The position numbers were made by a program, and so were the translations under genes. Positions 18,723-24,422 of a DNA stretch of 32,000 bases are shown here, in pieces (position 1 is the stretch's first letter; the number at the start of each line of letters is the position of its first letter). This DNA is from Nostoc punctiforme PCC 73102 (lineage in GTDB: Bacteria; Cyanobacteriota; Cyanobacteriia; Cyanobacteriales; Nostocaceae). Location: contig NC_010628.1 of assembly GCF_000020025.1 (NCBI RefSeq), forward strand, positions 3,180,001 to 3,212,000, written 5' to 3'. The notes beneath the pieces were generated by a model. That model was not told the DNA's origin, did not search any database, and worked only from the letters and a program-made list of their open reading frames with translations.

Positions 18723-18795
18723 AATGAAGGAAGCAGGAAGACGAAAGAAGGATGAAGTTAAGTCATCCCTCTTCCTACGAACTTCTTCCTTCATT
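18723..18795. repeat. MITE-like purine/pyrimidine hairpin element, copy A (11-bp terminal inverted repeats AATGAAGGAAG/CTTCCTTCATT)
   Basis: Read directly. The internal sequence gaaggatgaagtt...tcatccctcttcctacgaacttc is shared with copy B at 26690-26808. The right terminus contains the stop codon of the XRE gene. Confidence 0.7.
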
Positions 18796-19264
18796 CTTTT
18801 TCAACCCGCGTGGCGATCGCCCTTAGTAAATCCGCCAAATCAACCTGAGACATCAACTCAAGGTGGAAGGATACCCCTTCACCTTTGACACCATTGAGGG
18901 AAACTTTAGGTTGGGATAACCGGGCAATGATGTGCTGTGCCACCCTTGCGGCTTCTCTATCTGGCAATTGATCCACTACTGGAATTACGTCTTCAGCAAA
19001 CTTGTACTCTCTCACTGGTTGCGGCGCATTCTCACTGGCGCAAATGGCTATTAGTTCATCTCTGGTATAACCTAAGTGCGGCGCTAGCTTCTCAAGGGTT
19101 TTAAGTTCTGGCTCTTTCACCTCACCTTTTAAAATTCGCTCAATAGCTGGAGGTGATAAACCGACTTTTTTAGCAAAAGCCCTTTTTGATAGATGCCCTC
19201 TTGCCTTCTCAATAATTTCTGCCAGTTTTTCTATGCCCTCGTAGGTGTACACAGTTTTTGCCAT
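18791..19264 (-). CDS. XRE-family helix-turn-helix regulator (CI-like repressor candidate)
   Basis: 157 aa. The HTH segment LSKRAFAKKVGLSPPAIERILKGE is present. The gene is divergent from the rightward gene block. Confidence 0.85.
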   Translation of the reverse strand: MAKTVYTYEGIEKLAEIIEKARGHLSKRAFAKKVGLSPPAIERILKGEVKEPELKTLEKLAPHLGYTRDELIAICASENAPQPVREYKFAEDVIPVVDQLPDREAARVAQHIIARLSQPKVSLNGVKGEGVSFHLELMSQVDLADLLRAIATRVEKE

Positions 19265-19287
19265 ACACCCAGAATTACTGTTATACG

Positions 19288-19354
19288 TGAAACTTTACAA
19301 GATAGCATTGCAACACTATGTGTTTCATGATAAAGTGCAACATATAGTGTTTCA
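19288..19354. promoter_or_regulatory. Divergent promoter/operator region with two 19-bp direct repeats and a candidate rightward promoter
   Basis: TGCAACACTATGTGTTTCA (19309-19327) and TGCAACATATAGTGTTTCA (19336-19354) share 15/19 identity. An inverted TGAAAC half-site lies at 19288. TTGCAA (19308-19313), a 17-nt spacer and TAAAGT (19331-19336) overlap the repeats. Confidence 0.55.
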
Positions 19355-19364
19355 AAGAAGGTTT

Positions 19365-19838
19365 ATGCGCGTTAGAAAAAAGGAAATAGATGATTTTGTT
19401 AGTGAAAAAATCATCTATTCACCCACTAATGAATATCGTCATTGCTTGCATATCTTTGCTGCAATCGGCAAAGAGTTAATTTCTATTTACGCTTTGAAGT
19501 CTTGCAAAAAACAGATTGCTGGACTTTCACCATTACATTTCAAAATTAAACAGTCTATAGGAAAAAGAGAAAATCCGGTAACTATTTATATAGATAGGGA
19601 ACTAGATGAACTTTTGAAAAAGTTTGAAGGGATTCCCCGCTCTCATGTTTTAGAAAGATGTTTAATTTTGGAGGTTGATGAACGAATTTCTAAATGGAGA
19701 TGTGAAACTCCACTGCAATTTATTGGTTTAATGTCGTCAGAAACGCCTTTGAAAGACCTTAAGGGCGAGGTTTCATTAGGCAATGAAAGCCCCGCACCTA
19801 TTGGGCGGGGAAATAAGTACGCGCAGGTAGCGGCATGA
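19365..19838 (+). CDS. Hypothetical regulator with a ribbon-helix-helix-like segment (Cro/antirepressor position)
   Basis: The ATG at 19365 (MRVRKKEIDD...) is preferred to the track start at 19245, which would overlap the XRE start and the promoter region. The segment NPVTIYIDRELDELLKKFEGIPRSHVLERCL resembles RHH proteins. Confidence 0.6.
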   Translation: MRVRKKEIDDFVSEKIIYSPTNEYRHCLHIFAAIGKELISIYALKSCKKQIAGLSPLHFKIKQSIGKRENPVTIYIDRELDELLKKFEGIPRSHVLERCLILEVDERISKWRCETPLQFIGLMSSETPLKDLKGEVSLGNESPAPIGRGNKYAQVAA

Positions 19839-20020
19839 TAACACCTGCACAGCTTCTCAATTCATCAGCAACCAGATATCAACAGGCTCTTAACAACCTG
19901 CTTAAGTTTTGGCACATCAACGGGCAGTGCAAAACCTGCCCATATCGCACAAATTGCAGGGTACTGATTGAGCAGCAGATAGCTATTAAGGAGGAGGTTA
20001 AAGTCCTAATAAAAAAATAA
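19835..20020 (+). CDS. Small hypothetical protein (61 aa, Cys-containing)
   Basis: It has an ATGA start/stop overlap with the upstream gene and contains CKTCPYRTNC. Confidence 0.55.
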   Translation: MITPAQLLNSSATRYQQALNNLLKFWHINGQCKTCPYRTNCRVLIEQQIAIKEEVKVLIKK

Positions 20021-20042
20021 GTTGCGAATCTCACCTCGCAAC
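20021..20042. terminator. Hairpin after the early regulatory module
   Basis: gttgcga-atctcacc-tcgcaac is preceded by an A7-containing run (a strong terminator when read on the minus strand). On the plus strand only an interrupted T-rich tail follows. Confidence 0.4.
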
Positions 20043-20280
20043 CTGAATAATTTATTCCTTTGTTTACAAACCAAATAAGAATCTAACAACTTGATATTTA
20101 GCAAGCGCTAAATACGGGATTGTTGTTACCTGATTGCATATTGGGTCTTTATTAGGTTTTTATTATCGCACAAAAACCCTTAGATTTCTAGGCTTCCAAC
20201 GACATATTTGATAATGCGATTTTTTATTAAAATCGCGTGTTTACGTATATACTTACATACTTTACAAGGAGAGTATACCA

Positions 20281-20604
20281 GTGTCCAATATCACGATTTT
20301 ATCTGGTTCTGAATTAGATAAAAAGCACCAGCTAGAGCAATCAATATTAGAGGGCATTGAAGCGGGTAAAAAAGGCTTTCAGCAAGCCGCCCAAGCTTTA
20401 TTAAGAATTGATGAACTTGCACTATGGAGGGGCGAGGCAGTTTCATTTGATGCCTATCGCCAAAAATTCAAGGCGGTGCTAGAAGATTTAGATATCACAG
20501 ACAGACACTTAAACAGGTTACTTGCTGCTGAGAAGTGTGTACAAATGTTAAGACCAATTGGTCTTAACATTTGTACACACAAAGAAGTCATATCCGACCG
20601 TTGA
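20281..20604 (+). CDS. N-terminal part of a ParB/KorB-like DNA-binding protein (possibly split by a frameshift)
   Basis: GTG start 7 nt after AAGGAGAG. The pattern ...SFDAYRQKFKAVLEDLDITDRHLNRLLAAEKCVQMLRPIG continues logically into the next ORF in another frame. Confidence 0.6.
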   Translation: MSNITILSGSELDKKHQLEQSILEGIEAGKKGFQQAAQALLRIDELALWRGEAVSFDAYRQKFKAVLEDLDITDRHLNRLLAAEKCVQMLRPIGLNICTHKEVISDR

Positions 20605-21179
20605 CCCAACTTAAGGAGCCGCTTCAGGTACAGCAGGCTTACAAACGAGCGCTAGACATGGCTGAGAAGGAAGGGTGCAATCTCAAAGCCGAACACGTAC
20701 AAAAGGCTGTAGAAGAGATAAAACCGCCCAAGGTGAGGCTTGGGAAGTCACCACGCCCCCCAATTGGGGCAACAGTGCGGATACTTCCCCACTATGCCGA
20801 AGAGGAGTTTCACGGTGCAGAAGGTGTAATTGCCCAGCATCCATCAGTCGATCGGTGCATTGTCAGATTTGGAGATGAAACCAGCAAGCTGATTCCTGAC
20901 AACATGCTTGTGTGGGTAGAAGAAGTTAGGGAAGTAACCTCAACCAAACAGGAAGCTAAGGAACAAGCGATCGCCCTTGGGGTAAGAGTCGGATTACAAG
21001 CATTGCCAGATATCGAGCGTAATGAGGGAATTGCCAGCGAGAGGGAGCAGATTGAAGTGGAGGTGGCGATCGCTTCTTTCTTGCGATTGCTACCCAAGTT
21101 TTCGTACCAGCAGAAAGGTTTGGTGTATGAGCAATTGATGAAAAGTGGGTTTGCGCCAAAGAGGTCACAAGCAGCATGA
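20571..21179 (+). CDS. C-terminal part of a ParB/KorB-like protein with an SH3/KOW-like module
   Basis: The frame opens after a stop at 20565-20567, and the first possible start is a TTG. SHIRPLTQLKEPLQVQQAYKRAL...AEHVQKAVEEIK is typical of the segment that follows the HTH in such proteins. The true start is uncertain. Confidence 0.55.
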   Translation: MYTQRSHIRPLTQLKEPLQVQQAYKRALDMAEKEGCNLKAEHVQKAVEEIKPPKVRLGKSPRPPIGATVRILPHYAEEEFHGAEGVIAQHPSVDRCIVRFGDETSKLIPDNMLVWVEEVREVTSTKQEAKEQAIALGVRVGLQALPDIERNEGIASEREQIEVEVAIASFLRLLPKFSYQQKGLVYEQLMKSGFAPKRSQAA

Positions 21180-21508
21180 AATATACCAATTTACCCCAAC
21201 CAATTCCAAAACGAATATTGGGGATAGCTATTAACCGTCAACCTGGGGCGACTGGGCTTTGGGTAACGAGTAAGTACGATGTCTGGCATCTGCCAAACGG
21301 ATTGATATTCAAGCTAGGCGATCCCCTAAGAGTGAGTTGGTTCAAAGAAGGTAGAGAAGCGACAAGGGAAGAAGTACTTGAATCAATCAACAGTGGCTAC
21401 CCAATCCTTCTAGAAGCCGCTCAAATCGATGGTGCTGGGGCTGTTAAGAAATTGGAAGAAATGCGCGATCGGGCTTTGGAATTATTACCAGTGACGGTGA
21501 CGGTATGA
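21176..21508 (+). CDS. Hypothetical protein (110 aa)
   Basis: ATGA overlaps occur at both ends, indicating translational coupling within the operon. Confidence 0.65.
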   Translation: MKYTNLPQPIPKRILGIAINRQPGATGLWVTSKYDVWHLPNGLIFKLGDPLRVSWFKEGREATREEVLESINSGYPILLEAAQIDGAGAVKKLEEMRDRALELLPVTVTV

Positions 21509-22653
21509 GAGAAAGCTGTATATCGCACAAACCCAAATCACTGCTACTGGTTATCCGTGAAGACTATTTTAGGTTAGCAAAGTGTGACAAAGTACTATCC
21601 GCTTTACTTTCAGTTTTTGAATATTGGGCCAATGGTGAAATCTCCAAAAATCCCTCTTTAGCAGAAGAATCAATAGATTTAGGGATTCGCACAATATCAG
21701 AAATTGAAAAACTGACCTTGTGGATTGCGACAGACAAACAGATCCGCACCAAGCTTAAGGAGCTTGAAGAATTAGGCTTCGTATCATCTTGTAAAGGAGT
21801 AGGCAATCACACCGCATACAGCCTTCACGTTCCCTACTTGCAGCAAGCCTTAGATGCACTTGATTGGTCTCTATCTTTATCAGAATTACGAAAACAAAAC
21901 CCTTCTCGATGCACCCATACCTCCGGTTTATTAACCGAACCCCCTCCGGTTAATAAACCGCACCCCTCCGGTTTATTAACCGAACCCCCTCCGGTTAATA
22001 AACCGCACCCCTCCGGTTTATTAACCGAACCACTATATATAGAAGAATTTAAGAATTTAATTAAAGAATGTGTAAGAAGCGCTGACGCACAAAACACACA
22101 CACTGACGACGAGGACGAGGTTGATTTTGCTAGTGCAACCTCTCGTAGAGAAGAAAACCAATCACCTGTAGATCCTTTTCTTGCCACCAATCCCAAAGAA
22201 GAACCTGCGCTTTTGCCCCACGTCTTACCGCTTGAATCGAATATTCCGGCGAATGAGAATAACAATCATTTTCATAAAACAGCAGATAGAGTGCGATCGC
22301 AGTGGGAGCAAACAGGGGTATTGCCAAAAATCCCAATGGAAATAGATGCATGGGCGGCGATTGATTTAGGGCAAGAGGTGATTAATGCTTACCGTTTGAG
22401 TGGCAGGATAACCACTATCAAGCGGGGTGATATTGTGCCTGAATTTGCCTTATACGTGAGCGGTCAAAACAAAGGTAAAGATGTTGATTACGGCTACGCA
22501 TATATCAAAAAACTGGAATTAGATCCGCGCCAATGGGAGACTCTAGCCGCATTGGTTTTGAAGTGGCAAACATCACATCAGACGGGTAATCGCAGTATCA
22601 GCATTGTCCGTGAGGTCAAACGTAGACCGCTAATTGAGCTTAATTTGAGGTAA
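21505..22653 (+). CDS. Replication-initiator-like protein (lambda O-like organisation) containing an internal iteron array
   Basis: 382 aa. The N-terminal winged-helix-like segment is ISEIEKLTLWIATDKQIRTKLKELEELGFVS. A Pro-rich repeated linker (SGLLTEPPPVNKPHP, about 2.4 copies) is encoded by the iterons. The gene is followed by a loader-like gene. Confidence 0.6.
   Translation: MRESCISHKPKSLLLVIREDYFRLAKCDKVLSALLSVFEYWANGEISKNPSLAEESIDLGIRTISEIEKLTLWIATDKQIRTKLKELEELGFVSSCKGVGNHTAYSLHVPYLQQALDALDWSLSLSELRKQNPSRCTHTSGLLTEPPPVNKPHPSGLLTEPPPVNKPHPSGLLTEPLYIEEFKNLIKECVRSADAQNTHTDDEDEVDFASATSRREENQSPVDPFLATNPKEEPALLPHVLPLESNIPANENNNHFHKTADRVRSQWEQTGVLPKIPMEIDAWAAIDLGQEVINAYRLSGRITTIKRGDIVPEFALYVSGQNKGKDVDYGYAYIKKLELDPRQWETLAALVLKWQTSHQTGNRSISIVREVKRRPLIELNLR
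21921..22075. repeat. Candidate replication origin: 45-bp tandem repeat (2.4 copies) carrying five CGGTT-N4-AACCG palindromes, then an AT-rich tract
   Basis: Perfect 45-mers lie at 21921-21965 and 21966-22010, with a partial copy to 22031. The palindromes start at 21924, 21947, 21969, 21992 and 22014 (spacing 22-23 bp), with cores alternating TATT/AATA. 22032-22075 is actatatatagaagaatttaagaatttaattaaagaatgtgtaag. Confidence 0.6.
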
Positions 22654-22656
22654 ATC

Positions 22657-23295
22657 ATGCTAACTCGTGAAAATTTTGAAGCCTGCATTCAGGAATTAGA
22701 AAGTTTTTATAACGGCACTATTCTTAACGGAGGAATTTTAGAATCTGTTTGGTACAAGACTTTAAAGCACTTACCTTTGGAAAAATTACAAAGTGCGATC
22801 GCGGGATGTTTTAAGAAGCATCCACGCCAGTACAATTTTTTCCCCTCAGCCGGACAGATTTTAGATTTTGCAAATTTTGTAGGGGGCGAGTATAGGGAGC
22901 CAGGGGAATCCATATTAGGGGATTTCAGCTTACCTATATTGCCTTCTGTTGAAGAAAGGCTTACGCCTGAGCAAAAGGCTGAATTAAATAAGCGCGGGAG
23001 ACTCCAAGCGCGGATTATAGTGAATGCTCAAAGCTGGATGACACCAGAACAAAAAGACGCTCTTGTAGAGCAACTAAAGCTTAAAGAAACTCACGAGTTA
23101 GAGGCGATCGCTTCTACGTCTGCGCGATTACCACGTCGTCCTAAATTCAACAATCTTTCTTTGACGATTAAAAATTTAGAGCAGGAGTTGGGCATACAAT
23201 GCGACTACGAAGAAGAGGAAGTCACGAGTGAGGTAAAAGCCTCAAGCTATGACACAAGAGCAATTGCTCGTCAGTGGTTGGAGGGATCTCGATGA
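22657..23295 (+). CDS. Hypothetical protein, possibly a helicase loader/replisome organiser (G39P-like pattern)
   Basis: 212 aa. The N-terminal pattern SVWYKTLKHLPLEKLQSAIAGCFKKHPRQYNFFPSAGQILDFA resembles remembered loader proteins. It lies immediately after the initiator-like gene. Confidence 0.4.
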   Translation: MLTRENFEACIQELESFYNGTILNGGILESVWYKTLKHLPLEKLQSAIAGCFKKHPRQYNFFPSAGQILDFANFVGGEYREPGESILGDFSLPILPSVEERLTPEQKAELNKRGRLQARIIVNAQSWMTPEQKDALVEQLKLKETHELEAIASTSARLPRRPKFNNLSLTIKNLEQELGIQCDYEEEEVTSEVKASSYDTRAIARQWLEGSR

Positions 23296-23744
23296 CTAAA
23301 ATTGACTTCATCCTCCGGCAATCCGCAACCAACAGAGATCAACTCACAACCCTAAGCGACACCCAATTAGAAATGGCGTGGAGCATCGCTCGCTATGACG
23401 TAAAAGCGGCTTACAGGTACTGCGTGATGATGGATGCCAAAAACCAGATGAAATGCCCATCCTGTGGCAAGGAATTTGTAAATTCCTACGAACAACATGA
23501 TGGAAGTATGGCTTTTGTTTGTGCGTCGTGTAGTCCAAGAAGGAAGAAGAATTCGGAATTCCCTCTGCCTTCATTGACACTAAACCCATCCGACTATCAC
23601 ACCGTATGCACTGGGAAACCAATTTGCATTGATGCCCAAACCGCCAAGCATCAAGCTAAGAAATGCAAAATCATCAACAAAGTTACGGGAGCTTGTGTGG
23701 TGCGAACTTTGGTTATGGTGGGCGATCGCGGGTACTGGCAATAA
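23292..23744 (+). CDS. Zinc-ribbon hypothetical protein
   Basis: The ATG at 23292 follows GGAGG and overlaps the upstream stop as ATGA. CPSCGKEF...CASCSP forms a CxxC...CxxC pair. Confidence 0.65.
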   Translation: MTKIDFILRQSATNRDQLTTLSDTQLEMAWSIARYDVKAAYRYCVMMDAKNQMKCPSCGKEFVNSYEQHDGSMAFVCASCSPRRKKNSEFPLPSLTLNPSDYHTVCTGKPICIDAQTAKHQAKKCKIINKVTGACVVRTLVMVGDRGYWQ

Positions 23745-23765
23745 AAACATAAAGGTATTGTAAAA

Positions 23766-24422
23766 ATGATTGATAGAGAAACTCTTGGTAAAACTGTTCG
23801 CCGTGCCTTGGTCAATTGGGCAAAAGAGCAAGAAAACCCTCCTACTTTTTGGAATGACTCGGATGAGTATCAAGAAGTAAACGAACATATTGGCGAAGCC
23901 GTGCAACGAGCAATATTGAGAGAGTTTGCCGACCATGTTGTTTGGTTCAGTGGTGACGACGAGCGCCATGCCATACCCTCAGAAGGGATGGTAAAACTAA
24001 TCAACTACGTAGAAAAAGAACTAAACCAAAGCAACGTTAATCTTGCCAATTTGCACAGTTCAATTGTTTGGGGTATCCGTAAAGTTAAATCTGATGAACG
24101 TGATATTGCAGTCAGATTTTTAGCTTTTAAGGATGACACTTTAGCTTACTTACGAGCACTGGTTTTAATTACCGAGATGGCCAACGGCGACCAAACCCAC
24201 GCTGAGAAAAGAATTCTGCTTAATCATCTAATCAAGCAATTAGAAGGGGCGATCGTTAAAATTCGCAACGTTGAAAACTATCTCCTTACCAATTATTGGG
24301 AAAGGGAGGATGTTTTTAAATCCGATTATCCGAACCGATATTGGCGAGAAAAGGTTGCTCAGTTAGAAGAAGAAATTAAAAGTTTGAAATCTGGTAAGCC
24401 GCCAAATGAATCACCATTTTAA
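23766..24422 (+). CDS. Hypothetical protein (218 aa)
   Basis: Long ORF in the operon with coding-like composition. No motif was recognised. Confidence 0.65.
   Translation: MIDRETLGKTVRRALVNWAKEQENPPTFWNDSDEYQEVNEHIGEAVQRAILREFADHVVWFSGDDERHAIPSEGMVKLINYVEKELNQSNVNLANLHSSIVWGIRKVKSDERDIAVRFLAFKDDTLAYLRALVLITEMANGDQTHAEKRILLNHLIKQLEGAIVKIRNVENYLLTNYWEREDVFKSDYPNRYWREKVAQLEEEIKSLKSGKPPNESPF

Noticed and set aside
18700-18800. tRNA or tmRNA gene as the attachment site at the element junction
   Set aside because: No T-loop (GGTTCGAATCC-like) or cloverleaf-compatible sequence could be seen at the junction or elsewhere in the window. The junction lies in a protein-coding gene instead.
19245-19364. 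Track start at 19245 for the RHH-like gene (197 aa)
   Set aside because: It would overlap the XRE start codon and read through the promoter/operator repeats. The ATG at 19365 gives a compact gene with an intact intergenic control region.
20571-20604. Programmed -1 ribosomal frameshift joining the two ParB-like ORFs
   Set aside because: There is no X-XXY-YYZ slippery heptamer in the 34-nt overlap and no obvious downstream pseudoknot or hairpin. A mutation or sequencing error at the A-run, or separate genes, is more likely.
21921-22031. Tandem 45-bp repeats as a CRISPR array or minisatellite
   Set aside because: There are no unique spacers, because the units are directly abutting and identical. 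The array lies inside a continuous ORF that is ATGA-coupled to its neighbours. An iteron/origin interpretation fits better.
21834-22265. 143-aa minus-strand ORF across the iteron region
   Set aside because: It is antisense to a 382-aa ORF that is translationally coupled on both sides. It stays open only because of the repeat symmetry.
23580-23969. 129-aa minus-strand ORF spanning the 23744/23766 gene boundary
   Set aside because: It is antisense to two operon genes and crosses their intergenic gap. It has a hydrophobic low-complexity translation and no supporting signals.
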